Below, one piece after another: positions 51,317-63,431 of a stretch of DNA of 64,000 nt. A program made the position numbers and the translations under genes. Positions within the stretch are counted from its first letter, which is position 1, and the number at the start of each line of letters is the position of its first letter. Origin of the DNA: Gemmatimonas sp. (GTDB lineage: Bacteria > Gemmatimonadota > Gemmatimonadetes > Gemmatimonadales > Gemmatimonadaceae); the NCBI GenBank assembly GCA_965279375.1, contig OZ257156.1, positions 2,752,001 through 2,816,000 on the forward strand. The letters are read 5' to 3'. The notes under the pieces were generated by a model. That model had not been told where the DNA came from. It saw nothing but the letters and a program-made list of their open reading frames with translations, and did not search any database.

Positions 51317-53011
51317 TTAACCGCGCTCGAGTCCGTCCAGTCGGCGGCGAGCGAGCATGAGCGGTACCACCGTGGCGGCGGTGCACAAGGCGAGCGCCAC
51401 GACGAAGGGCAGCACCATCGCGACGGGATCCTTGGCCCAGCCATAGTGCTCGGCCACGAGAAATCGGGCCGCCGGTCTCCCTGTGAGGTACGCGACCGCG
51501 CCGATGAGCGCGATGCCGCTCATCATGAACAGCAGGCCGCCGAATGAGGTGGGAATCTGCGCGGCGTTCTCGCTGTCGAATTGCGGGTAGAACGTCCCGT
51601 AGCTGAGCGCGAGAGCCGTGAGCGGAAAGACCATCGCGACGATCGCGGAGAGCGACACCACGTGCACGAAGAGGCGCACGCCGAGCATGGCGTTCGTGGC
51701 GCCGACGAGAATGAGCGCCAGCACCAGCAGCGGCACCGCGCCTACCCAGAACTTGGCCCACAGCAGGTCGCGCATGGAGAACGGACTGGAACGCAGCAGC
51801 CACAGCGCACGCCCTTCGAGGCTCACGCTCGGGAAGACGAAGCGGGCGGCGATGGACGCGAGCACGAATCCAGCGAGCGCGAGATTGAGAAACGGAATGA
51901 CGTTGCGTAGCACCGCCGTCATCCCTTCGCCCGAGAGCGGCAGATAGCGCACGTTGGCCACGTACACCACAAGCAGCACGGCGAGCATGACCAACTGCGA
52001 CCATTGCGTCGAGTCTCGAGCGAAGACGCGCAGCTCCTTGAGCACGAGTTGCTTGCGCGTCGGGCTCATGTTGGACAGCATGCGTTCCAGCCACGAGCGC
52101 GTTACACCCGGCTCACTCCGTCGATTCGCGCCTTCCTGGGCCTGACTGAATCCGCGGGCCCATCCACGGGCGTGGAGCGCTCCGCCAACGATCGTGAGCA
52201 CGGTTGCCGTGCCCCACAGGCGAGCCAGCGGATTCCACACGGGCTTCCCCTTGAGCCAGCCCATCACCGCTTCGCTCACCCATTCGCTTGGTAGCCACGG
52301 CGACGACGGCGCATCGAGTGCGGCGATGAACTGCATGAAGTTCTGAAAGCCTTCGGGGCGCGCCAGTTGCTCGGGACGCGCGGCGCGAAACAGTACCACT
52401 AACGCCGCGACGGCCAGCGCGGTGATGACGCTCAGCAGGTCCCGCGTGCGCCGCGCGGGAAAGATGTTCACCAGCACAAGCGTGATGGCGGATCCCGCTG
52501 CGGCGGGTATCGCGAGGAAGGGTACGAACACGAGGAGCGCGAAAGGCGCGAATCCGAAGCCGCTGCGGTACGCGGTTCCGTATGCCGCGACGAAGGGCAA
52601 CAGCAGGAGCGCAACCATCCAGCTCGAATACATCGCCGTTTCGAGCAGTCGCGCGCGATACAGAGCCCACGGCTTCACCGGTGCGGCCGCCAGCTGATCG
52701 AGATCGCGCGCAAGGAAAAAATTCGAGAGCGCGGCGATGGTATTGGACAACAACAGAATCGACGAGAACGACAACAGGATCATCGACAGGAGCTTGCCTG
52801 CCAGCAGATCGCCGATGTCCTCCGCGCTCCGGAAGTAGCGAAGCAGCTTGAGCCCGATGAAGAACACCGCCGCCCAGAACGCGGCGCCGAGCAGAAAGAC
52901 GACGATGGAGCGTCGCAGATCGCCGGCTTGATGTCGCTTCACGCGATGCCGCGCCATCTGCCACTTGGGTGCCAGCAGCGCGATGGGGCCAGCGAAGCGG
53001 ACCTCAAGCAT
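51317..53011 (-). CDS. Putative ABC transporter permease subunit
   Basis: More than 10 TM helices; KELRVFARD, SVSLEG...WLLRSSP; overlaps the ATPase gene. Confidence 0.85.
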   Translation of the reverse strand: MLEVRFAGPIALLAPKWQMARHRVKRHQAGDLRRSIVVFLLGAAFWAAVFFIGLKLLRYFRSAEDIGDLLAGKLLSMILLSFSSILLLSNTIAALSNFFLARDLDQLAAAPVKPWALYRARLLETAMYSSWMVALLLLPFVAAYGTAYRSGFGFAPFALLVFVPFLAIPAAAGSAITLVLVNIFPARRTRDLLSVITALAVAALVVLFRAARPEQLARPEGFQNFMQFIAALDAPSSPWLPSEWVSEAVMGWLKGKPVWNPLARLWGTATVLTIVGGALHARGWARGFSQAQEGANRRSEPGVTRSWLERMLSNMSPTRKQLVLKELRVFARDSTQWSQLVMLAVLLVVYVANVRYLPLSGEGMTAVLRNVIPFLNLALAGFVLASIAARFVFPSVSLEGRALWLLRSSPFSMRDLLWAKFWVGAVPLLVLALILVGATNAMLGVRLFVHVVSLSAIVAMVFPLTALALSYGTFYPQFDSENAAQIPTSFGGLLFMMSGIALIGAVAYLTGRPAARFLVAEHYGWAKDPVAMVLPFVVALALCTAATVVPLMLARRRLDGLERG

Positions 53012-53759
53012 CGAGCACGTCCACCAGTTCGCGCGCGACGTTGTCGCCTGTCAGTCGCAAGAAGATGTCTTCGAGCGCGTCGTCCTCACCCGTCGCGCCA
53101 CGCAGTTCGTGCATCGTGCCGCATGCTACCAGCTCTCCCCGCTGCATGATGCCGATCCGATCGCACATCCCTTCAGCGATCTCCAGCGTATGCGTCGACA
53201 TCATGACGGTGTGTCCGCGCCGCGTGTACTCGCGGAAGAGGTCTTTGAGAATCTTCGCCGACTTGGGGTCGAGCCCCACCATCGGTTCGTCCACCACGAT
53301 CACGGGCGGGCGATGCACGAAGGCGCTGGCGATGATCAGCTTCTGGCGCATGCCGTGGCTGTAGCTCTCCACCAGTTCGTCGCGCCATCCGTCCAAATCG
53401 AAGAGCGCGAGGAGCTCCATCCCACGGCGGTCCACATCGGCGCCATGCTCGCCGTACAGGCCAGCCGCAAAGCGCAGAAACTCCATCCCGGTCAGCTTCT
53501 CGTAGATGAACGGCCGGTCGGGGATGAAGCCCAGCGCACGCTTGGCCGACAGCGGGTCGGTCCGCAGGTCGTGGCCGGCGATCTTCACCGAGCCCGAGGT
53601 GGGCTGCAGGATTCCCGCGATCATACGCATCGTGGTCGTCTTTCCCGCGCCGTTGGGCCCGAGGAAACCGAACAGCTCGCCACCTGGGACGGTCAGGTCG
53701 AGGGAACGAACGGCCGTGAAGGAGCCGTATCGTTTGGAGAGAGAGGCGATCTCGATCAT
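53004..53759 (-). CDS. ABC transporter ATP-binding protein
   Basis: GPNGAGKTT, YSHGMRQK, VVDEPMVGLDP, STH. Confidence 0.93.
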   Translation of the reverse strand: MIEIASLSKRYGSFTAVRSLDLTVPGGELFGFLGPNGAGKTTTMRMIAGILQPTSGSVKIAGHDLRTDPLSAKRALGFIPDRPFIYEKLTGMEFLRFAAGLYGEHGADVDRRGMELLALFDLDGWRDELVESYSHGMRQKLIIASAFVHRPPVIVVDEPMVGLDPKSAKILKDLFREYTRRGHTVMMSTHTLEIAEGMCDRIGIMQRGELVACGTMHELRGATGEDDALEDIFLRLTGDNVARELVDVLDA

Positions 53760-53955
53760 CGTCGGCCGGCCGAAGGGCAGTGCAGCGTCGTTACACAGGC
53801 CAATAGCCTGCGGGCACGGGCGCGAGGTGCCGTGCAAGTCGAGACGATCCACCGCTGTACAGCCGTCACGCTTCCGGGCAATTCCTGCCCGGGGTGTGAC
53901 AGTTCGTTCCCGGTGGGGTTGAACAAATCCCGAAGGCCCCACAGCTTGCATCCCT

Positions 53956-56868
<2,913 letters not shown>

Positions 56869-56916
56869 TGCGATCGTAGGACGGGCGCGACGAGCGCCGA
56901 GCCTTAGATTTCCGCC

Positions 56917-57585
56917 ATGGTCTCCCTCCTCGATATCATCGGCCCCGTCATGGTTGGGCCGAGCTCCAGCCATACAGCTGGAGCATGCCGGCTTGGCTTG
57001 CTTGCGCGCTGCCTCGTGGGCGGCACGCCCGAGCGTGCAACGGTCGAACTGCATGGCTCCTTCGCGCGCACCGGCGAAGGGCACGGTACAGACAAGGCCA
57101 TCGTCGGTGGCCTGATGGGCTTTCGCCCCGACGATGAGCGGTTGCGCGTCGCGCTCGAAATCATGGAGAAGGAGGGACTCGACTACACCTTCGAGAAGAC
57201 CTCGCTCGGTGACGACATCCATCCCAACAGCGTGCGCATCACGCTCGAGCGTGGCGAACGTCGTTCGCAGATGGTTGGCGCCTCGCTTGGTGCGGGCCGC
57301 GTGCTCGTGTCGGAGATCGACGGCTACCCGGTGGAAATCTCGGGCAACCTGCACACGGTCGTACTCGTGGCGGGCGATGTGAAGGGTTCCATCGCGCGCA
57401 TCGCGGGCTTACTGGCCGACAACGATCTCAACATCGCGACGCTCAAGCTGTCGCGGAAAGAGCGTGGCGGCGACGCCTTCATGGTGATCGAAGTGGATGA
57501 ACAGCCTGGCGAACCGCTGCGCGATGCCATTCGTGCACTGCCGTGGGTCAAGTGGGCGTTCCGTCTCGACAAAGTGAGCGCCTGA
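56917..57585 (+). CDS. sdaAB: L-serine dehydratase, iron-sulfur-dependent, beta subunit
   Basis: DIIGPVMVGPSSSHTAGA, GHGTDKA, HPNS, C-terminal ACT domain. Confidence 0.93.
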   Translation: MVSLLDIIGPVMVGPSSSHTAGACRLGLLARCLVGGTPERATVELHGSFARTGEGHGTDKAIVGGLMGFRPDDERLRVALEIMEKEGLDYTFEKTSLGDDIHPNSVRITLERGERRSQMVGASLGAGRVLVSEIDGYPVEISGNLHTVVLVAGDVKGSIARIAGLLADNDLNIATLKLSRKERGGDAFMVIEVDEQPGEPLRDAIRALPWVKWAFRLDKVSA

Positions 57586-58466
57586 TGTACAAGAGCCTGG
57601 CCGAAGCCATCAAGGACGCCGAAGCGCGCGGCGTGGCGCTGTCTGTCGTGGCGCTCGAAACGGAAGCGCGCGATCAGGGTCGTCCCATCTCCGAGATCCG
57701 CGACGCGCTGCGTCGCGCGTTGGTCGTGATGCGAGAAGCCGTGGCGCGCGGGATGGTCGGCGACCTGTATTCCAGTTCCGGCCTCGTGGGCGGTGACGCG
57801 GCCAAGCTGCGCACCGGCCCCGATGGTCCGCTCGCCGGCACTCCGTTTCGCGATGTGCTCGCGCGCGCGCTCGCCGTGCAGGAAGTGAATGCAGCGATGG
57901 GCGTGATCGTGGCCGCACCGACCGCGGGTGGCGCAGGCGTGCTACCCGCGGTGCTGACTGGACTCGCCGCGGCCCGCGGTATCGACGACGAGGCGCTCAT
58001 CTCCGCGCTCGCCACAGCGGGACTCATCGGAGCGGTGGTGGCCGAGCGTGCCTCGCTCTCTGGCGCGGAAGGTGGCTGTCAGGCGGAAACCGGTGCCGCG
58101 GCGGGCATGGCAGCTGGTGCCGCTGTGGAAATGCTCGGCGGCTCGCCGCGGCAGGTTGGCCACGCGACCGCGCTCGCGCAGCAAGGGACACTCGGACTCG
58201 TCTGCGATCCTCTGGGCGGCCTCGTCGAGCTGCCCTGCGTGTTCCGCAACGCGACTGGCGCGGCCATTGCGCTGGCCGCGATCGAAATGGCCATGGCCGG
58301 CATCGAGTTCGCCATTCCGGCCGACGAAGTCATCGACACGATGGGCGAGATCGGTGAGGCGATGGACGTGCGCTATCGCGAAACCGCCGGCGGTGGATTG
58401 GCCGCGACGCCAACCGGAAGACGTCTCGCGCGCGAGCGTCTGTACGAGTTGAAGCGCAAGGAGTGA
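57585..58466 (+). CDS. sdaAA: L-serine dehydratase, iron-sulfur-dependent, alpha subunit
   Basis: AAPTAG, GAEGGCQAE, LGLVCDP, ELPCVFRN, RETAGGGLA; TGATG overlap. Confidence 0.93.
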   Translation: MYKSLAEAIKDAEARGVALSVVALETEARDQGRPISEIRDALRRALVVMREAVARGMVGDLYSSSGLVGGDAAKLRTGPDGPLAGTPFRDVLARALAVQEVNAAMGVIVAAPTAGGAGVLPAVLTGLAAARGIDDEALISALATAGLIGAVVAERASLSGAEGGCQAETGAAAGMAAGAAVEMLGGSPRQVGHATALAQQGTLGLVCDPLGGLVELPCVFRNATGAAIALAAIEMAMAGIEFAIPADEVIDTMGEIGEAMDVRYRETAGGGLAATPTGRRLARERLYELKRKE

Positions 58467-59407
58467 CTGCGCTCCGTTTGCGTGCACGCCACGTCGCGCG
58501 ATACGCCGCGCGCTGCGCCGCACTGCTGTCGTTGCTCGCCTGCGGAACGTCGAATGCGGGAGCTGATCTCGTCGTCGTCTCGCTGCGTGATCCTTCGGCA
58601 CTCGGCGCGCTCGGGGATCGTCAGCTGACCGAGGCATCAGGCGTCGTCCGCAGCGATCAGCATCCCGGCATCTTCTGGTCGCAGAACGACAGCGGCAACG
58701 ATGCGGTGCTCTTCGCCTACGACAGCGCAGGTGTCTCGCGCGGCGCAACTCGCGTTCTTGGCGCGATCAATCGTGACTGGGAGGCGCTGGCGAGTGGACC
58801 GTGCACCGAAGGCACGTGTCTCTACGTCGGTGATGTGGGAGACAATCGTGCGCGGCGTGACGACCTCGCCATCTGGCGCATCGTGGAGCCGGCCCCCGGC
58901 GACTCGCTGAGCGCCCGCGCGACGGCTCTGCGGTTGCGCTACAGCGATGGCCCGCGCGACGTGGAGGCGATGTGGGTTGGCCCCGACACAACGCTCTGGC
59001 TTCTCACCAAGCGGCCGATGTTCGCTCCGGGCGGCCAGCTGCGTCGCGCGCAGCTCTATCGTGTGTCGGCGAGCGCGTGGGCCGCCAGCGGCGTGCAGGT
59101 TGCAACGCTGACCGATTCGCTGCCCATCATCCCGCGCACCACCGACGACGGCAGTTGGATAACCGATGCAGCCCTGTCACCACCGGACAGCAGCGGGGCG
59201 CGTCGCGTCGCCATTCGCACCTATCAGTCCGTCTTCGTCTTTGCCGCGGATGCGCGCACCGGTCGGCCGGGAGCACTGCTGGCCACATGCAGCCTCGTCG
59301 CCCTCAACGAGCGTCACGGTGAGGGGCTGACGTGGCTCACCGACGGTCGACTGCTGTTCAACGCGGAAGGGCGCGGCGCCCGACTGCAGGCCGGACGCTG
59401 TCCCTGA
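58463..59407 (+). CDS. Hypothetical lipoprotein, beta-propeller-like
   Basis: Lipobox LLAC; EASG, NDSG, DWEAL, VGDVGDN, DVEAM, GEGL motifs. Confidence 0.7.
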   Translation: MTALRLRARHVARYAARCAALLSLLACGTSNAGADLVVVSLRDPSALGALGDRQLTEASGVVRSDQHPGIFWSQNDSGNDAVLFAYDSAGVSRGATRVLGAINRDWEALASGPCTEGTCLYVGDVGDNRARRDDLAIWRIVEPAPGDSLSARATALRLRYSDGPRDVEAMWVGPDTTLWLLTKRPMFAPGGQLRRAQLYRVSASAWAASGVQVATLTDSLPIIPRTTDDGSWITDAALSPPDSSGARRVAIRTYQSVFVFAADARTGRPGALLATCSLVALNERHGEGLTWLTDGRLLFNAEGRGARLQAGRCP

Positions 59408-59588
59408 GGCGCGGGAGCGCCCGCACTGTCACAGTGGCGGGCCTTGGCTGCGCGCTGTCCCCACGGCCCGTGGCCGAGCGGACCGCTCACGCGTAGCTTG
59501 TGGGAAGCAGGCGCCGTCTCGATCGGACGAAACGCATCCGATCGTCCCGCCGTACGGAGCTTCGACTGAACCCAACAGGAATCACACT

Positions 59589-59993
59589 ATGGTTACTCGT
59601 GAAGACGTCGAAGCCTTCCTCGATCGCCTCGGCACCGATGGCGCAACGCACTCCGAGGTCGAACCCGGCCTTTGGATCGTTCGCCCCAGTGGTCCCCTCG
59701 ATTTTGACGTGGTCATCACCCACAATCCGCCCGTGTTGCTGCTTCGGGTGAAAGTGATGCCCGTGCCGGCCGATGCCGCGGAGGTCGCAGCGCTCAGCCG
59801 CCGCCTCCTCGAGCTCAACGCCACCGATCTACTGCATGGCTCCTACGGCATCGATGCCGACGCCATCGTCCTCACCGAGGCGCTCGAGTTGGCGCATCTC
59901 GACTACGAGGAGTTCCTCGCTTCCTACGAAAGCCTGACGCTTTCGCTGACCACGCACATGCGCGAGTTGGCCGCCTTCCGAGAGGTTCGCTGA
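59589..59993 (+). CDS. CesT/YbjN-like (type III chaperone-fold) protein
   Basis: Acidic 134-aa protein; RRLLELNATDLLHGSYGI, LDYEEF; AGGA SD. Confidence 0.72.
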   Translation: MVTREDVEAFLDRLGTDGATHSEVEPGLWIVRPSGPLDFDVVITHNPPVLLLRVKVMPVPADAAEVAALSRRLLELNATDLLHGSYGIDADAIVLTEALELAHLDYEEFLASYESLTLSLTTHMRELAAFREVR

Positions 59994-59996
59994 ACC

Positions 59997-60854
59997 ATGG
60001 GCATCTTTGACCGTTTCTCGACGCTGATCAAGTCGAATCTCAACGACCTCATCTCCTCGGCGGAAAACCCCGAGAAGATGCTGAATCAGATCATCGTCGA
60101 CATGCGCAACCAGCTCGCCAAGGCCAAGCAGCAAGTGGCCGCGACGATCGCCGACGAAAAGCGCCTCAAGGATCAGGCGGACGCGGAGTTCAAGCTCGCC
60201 GACGATTGGGACAAGCGCGCGATGCTCGCCGTGCAGGAGGGGCGCGACGACCTCGCCAAGCAGGCACTGCTCCGCGGCCAGGAACATCTCGAGCACGGCC
60301 AGCAGCTCGCGATGACGTGGGAAACGCACAAGATGGAAGCGGAGAAGCTCAAGCAGTCGCTCCGTGACCTGAACGACAAGATCGAAGAAGCCAAGCGCAA
60401 GAAGAATCTGTTGCTCGCGCGGCAGCGTCGCGCCGAAGCGCAGGCGCGCATCTCGCAGACCATGTCCGGCCTCTCGGACAACTCGGCGTTCGATGCCTTC
60501 TCGCGCATGGAAGAGAAGATCACGACGAACGAACGGCAGCTTCAGGCCGCGCAGGAGATCGACGAGGAGTTCAGCGGCGATCGTCTCGCCGGCGAATTCA
60601 AGCAGCTCGAGCGCTCGGCGGGCGGCGCCAATGCCGACTCGCAGCTGTTGCAACTCAAGCAGCGCATGGGCATGTTGCCCGCGGCTGCTCCGGCAGCGTC
60701 GCGTCAGCTTGCCGCCGGTGCGGCGGCCGCCGAGGCGGCTCCTGCGGCCGCGCCGGCACAGCTCTCGGCCGGCGCGAAGGAAGAGGCCAAGACGGCCGAA
60801 GTCGATCTCATCGCCGAGATCGAAGGATTGCGCGAACCCAAGCCCCGATCGTAG
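59997..60854 (+). CDS. pspA: PspA/IM30 (Vipp1) family protein
   Basis: MGIFDRFSTLIKSNLN, AENPEKML.Q, GRDDLAKQAL, AFDAFSRMEEKI. Confidence 0.92.
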   Translation: MGIFDRFSTLIKSNLNDLISSAENPEKMLNQIIVDMRNQLAKAKQQVAATIADEKRLKDQADAEFKLADDWDKRAMLAVQEGRDDLAKQALLRGQEHLEHGQQLAMTWETHKMEAEKLKQSLRDLNDKIEEAKRKKNLLLARQRRAEAQARISQTMSGLSDNSAFDAFSRMEEKITTNERQLQAAQEIDEEFSGDRLAGEFKQLERSAGGANADSQLLQLKQRMGMLPAAAPAASRQLAAGAAAAEAAPAAAPAQLSAGAKEEAKTAEVDLIAEIEGLREPKPRS

Positions 60855-61909
60855 TGGCCCACGCACGTCGATTTCTGATCCTCGCCGAAGGCAACTTCGG
60901 CCCGCTGACATCGAAGACAGCCAACGCCTGCATTCGATATTCCGAGTCTGAAGTCGTCGTCGTGCTCGACAGCGTCTCTGCCGGCAAGACCGCGCAGGAT
61001 GTGTTGGGGTTCGGTGGCGCCATTCCGGTGGTGGCCACTTACGCCGAAGCGATGTCGCATCAGCCGAACGCGCTGCTGATCGGCATCGCACCGGCGGGCG
61101 GGCAGTTTCCGGCCGCGTGGCGCACCATAGTGTGCGACGCGCTGCGCGCTGGACTCGATCTCTGGAGCGGCTTGCACACCATGCTCGGTGACGACGCAGA
61201 GTTCGCGTCGCTTGCCGCGGCATCCGGCGCAACGATTCGCGATTTGCGTCGCGCGCCGGCCGATCTCGACGTGTCGTACGGCCGCGTGCGCGATGTGTCG
61301 TCCACCGTCATCCTGACCGTGGGCACCGATTGCAACATCGGCAAGATGACGACGCAGCTGCAGGTGCAGGATGCAGTCCGCGCGCTCGGACATCGTGTCA
61401 GCTTTGCCGCGACCGGACAAACGGGCATCCTCATCGAAGGACGTGGCATCGCTGTCGATGCCGTCGTCGCCGACTTCATCGCCGGTGCCGCCGAACGACT
61501 CACGATCGAGGCCGCGCAGGACGCCGACATCGTGCTCGTGGAAGGGCAGGGGTCGCTCATCCACCCCGCGTACTCGGGCGTCACGCTCGGACTCATTCAT
61601 GGCTCGCTGCCGCATGCGATGGTGTTGTGCGCGCAGCCGTCGCGAAAGACGGTGCACCGCAATCCGTGGGTGCCGATTCCGTCGCTGACGGAGATGGTGG
61701 CGTTGTACGAACAGTCCATCAAGCATCTGCGTCCGTCGCCGGTCATCGCCATCGCGCTGAACACGTTCGATCTCTCCGACGACGAAGCGCGCGCTGCGGT
61801 GGACGCGGTGCAGGCGGAGACCGGGCTTCCAGCAACCGATCCGGTGCGCTTCGATCCGGCGCCCATCGCACAGGCAATCAGCGCGTTCCACAACAGCCGC
61901 TCGCGATAG
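60854..61909 (+). CDS. DUF1611-domain protein (DgcN-like)
   Basis: KTANACIRY, GIAPAGG, SGLH, VGTDCNIGKMT, ATGQTGI, VEGQGSL.HP.YS. Confidence 0.88.
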   Translation: MAHARRFLILAEGNFGPLTSKTANACIRYSESEVVVVLDSVSAGKTAQDVLGFGGAIPVVATYAEAMSHQPNALLIGIAPAGGQFPAAWRTIVCDALRAGLDLWSGLHTMLGDDAEFASLAAASGATIRDLRRAPADLDVSYGRVRDVSSTVILTVGTDCNIGKMTTQLQVQDAVRALGHRVSFAATGQTGILIEGRGIAVDAVVADFIAGAAERLTIEAAQDADIVLVEGQGSLIHPAYSGVTLGLIHGSLPHAMVLCAQPSRKTVHRNPWVPIPSLTEMVALYEQSIKHLRPSPVIAIALNTFDLSDDEARAAVDAVQAETGLPATDPVRFDPAPIAQAISAFHNSRSR

Positions 61910-62061
61910 CAGCCGCCAGCGCGCTGCCGTGCATCGGTGTGCGTGATTTCGATGCGGTAGCGAATGAATCGGTAACGATATAGGCGCGCAGGACGGTCAT
62001 CGTACCGTCCATGCGCCATCATCCTCCCAACCAACGCCTCGGGCGGCATACTCGAGGCCAC

Positions 62062-62919
62062 GTGCTACTCTCCGTCCGCGATGCCCGGGCGGAGATCGCC
62101 GCCGGGCTAGGCAACGCGCTCTGTCTGGTACGCACGCTCGACGGCGTCTCGTGCGACGTGCACGCCGGGGAGCTGCTGTTGCTCGCCGGCCGACCAGGAA
62201 GCGGCGCCGCCGCGCTACTGCGCGTGCTGCATGGAGCGCCGATACGCGGACAGGTGTGGCGCGGAGTACGGTCTGGCGCGCAGGTACGTCGCGGTGTGGT
62301 CCCGCCGTTCGCGCGCGATGCGATCATCGCCGGATGGGACGCTGCGCACCTCGCATCACCCGCCGGCTCAGTCGCGCGCGCTCCCGCGGTCTACCTGCTC
62401 AGGGTGCGCGAGTCTGCACAACCGAGTGCGAGTGCGATGATCTCTGCGTCGCCGTCGGTCATCGACTCGTGGCGTCGCTGGGCCACGCATTTGCGCTGGA
62501 GCGGTGGCGCCGTTGTGCTTCAGGGAAGCTCGCCTCCTGACCCCGACGCGCGCGCGGAGACAAAAAAACAGCGCGCCTCGAATCGAAGCGCGCTGCCAGA
62601 GACGGGTCAGGTGCGAGAGGTGTCCCGCGCCGATGATTCAGCCATTCGTACGATCACGCTGTACGCAGGCCGGATCGTCAGCGCTGTCCCAGGCTCTCAC
62701 CAGACGTCGACGGACGGAACGTGCGGAGCTCCGTCGCATACGGCTTCTTGTCCATGCTCCACAGCGTCGCCTGAATCATGGCGTTCCGAATACGACGGAC
62801 GTTGCGCGCGGGGAGTGGGTTCTGACGAGCGCTCACGATCGCCGGCTCGGGGTGCGCCGCTTCCTTCGCATACACCTGGCTGTACTCGTACTTCTCGATG
62901 CCGTCCACCTTCTTCATGA
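62062..62919 (+). CDS. Degenerate ABC-ATPase-like protein or pseudogene
   Basis: LDGVSCDVHAGELLLLAGRPGSGAA (Walker A lacks Lys); TITLYAGRIV; no signature or Walker B; 3' end overlaps the convergent gene. Confidence 0.45.
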   Translation: MLLSVRDARAEIAAGLGNALCLVRTLDGVSCDVHAGELLLLAGRPGSGAAALLRVLHGAPIRGQVWRGVRSGAQVRRGVVPPFARDAIIAGWDAAHLASPAGSVARAPAVYLLRVRESAQPSASAMISASPSVIDSWRRWATHLRWSGGAVVLQGSSPPDPDARAETKKQRASNRSALPETGQVREVSRADDSAIRTITLYAGRIVSAVPGSHQTSTDGTCGAPSHTASCPCSTASPESWRSEYDGRCARGVGSDERSRSPARGAPLPSHTPGCTRTSRCRPPSS

Positions 62920-63250
62920 TGAACACTCGGCCCACGACCGGCTGCCCATTGATCAGCGTCTGACCCGTCGCCGGGTCAACTGGCCATGCGTCAGCAACCG
63001 GTACCGGCGCCGGGGCCGGAGCCATCACCGCAGCTGCGGGCACTGCGGGCGAGGCAGCAGCCATCGAGTCGATGGCGTCCACGATCGTCGGCAGGGTGTC
63101 GGTCTGAGCCGTAGTGGCGGCGGGCGGTGCCGCGGGAGGCTCTTGCGTGGACTGCGAACGCGCTGCCATCGCGATCACGGCGAGGGCGGCAACGCCGAGC
63201 GACAGGGCGGCGCGCGAGTACAACGGCGAACGATCGGAGCGAGGGCTCAT
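62678..63250 (-). CDS. Hypothetical secreted protein with Ala/Pro-rich linker
   Basis: Signal-like N-terminus, PAAPPA/APAPAP linker, WPVDPATGQTLING. Confidence 0.6.
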   Translation of the reverse strand: MSPRSDRSPLYSRAALSLGVAALAVIAMAARSQSTQEPPAAPPAATTAQTDTLPTIVDAIDSMAAASPAVPAAAVMAPAPAPVPVADAWPVDPATGQTLINGQPVVGRVFIMKKVDGIEKYEYSQVYAKEAAHPEPAIVSARQNPLPARNVRRIRNAMIQATLWSMDKKPYATELRTFRPSTSGESLGQR

Positions 63251-63431
63251 GGGCGATCCAGAAGTGTTGAAGGTGCCGAACGTCTGACAAACGACGGACC
63301 TGTCCAATAGGCAGCTTTTTGAACGAATTCGCAATACGTATTCCCCCCGCGATGCGCTCTCGACCTGATACATTCAAGCGGTCACGCCGCGTCTGAGTGC
63401 CCGGCGCCATCACCAGTCATCCTTCCCGCGT

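Noticed and set aside
63251..63431. T-box leader upstream of cysS
   Set aside because: No T-box consensus or terminator/antiterminator seen; it looks like a divergent promoter region.
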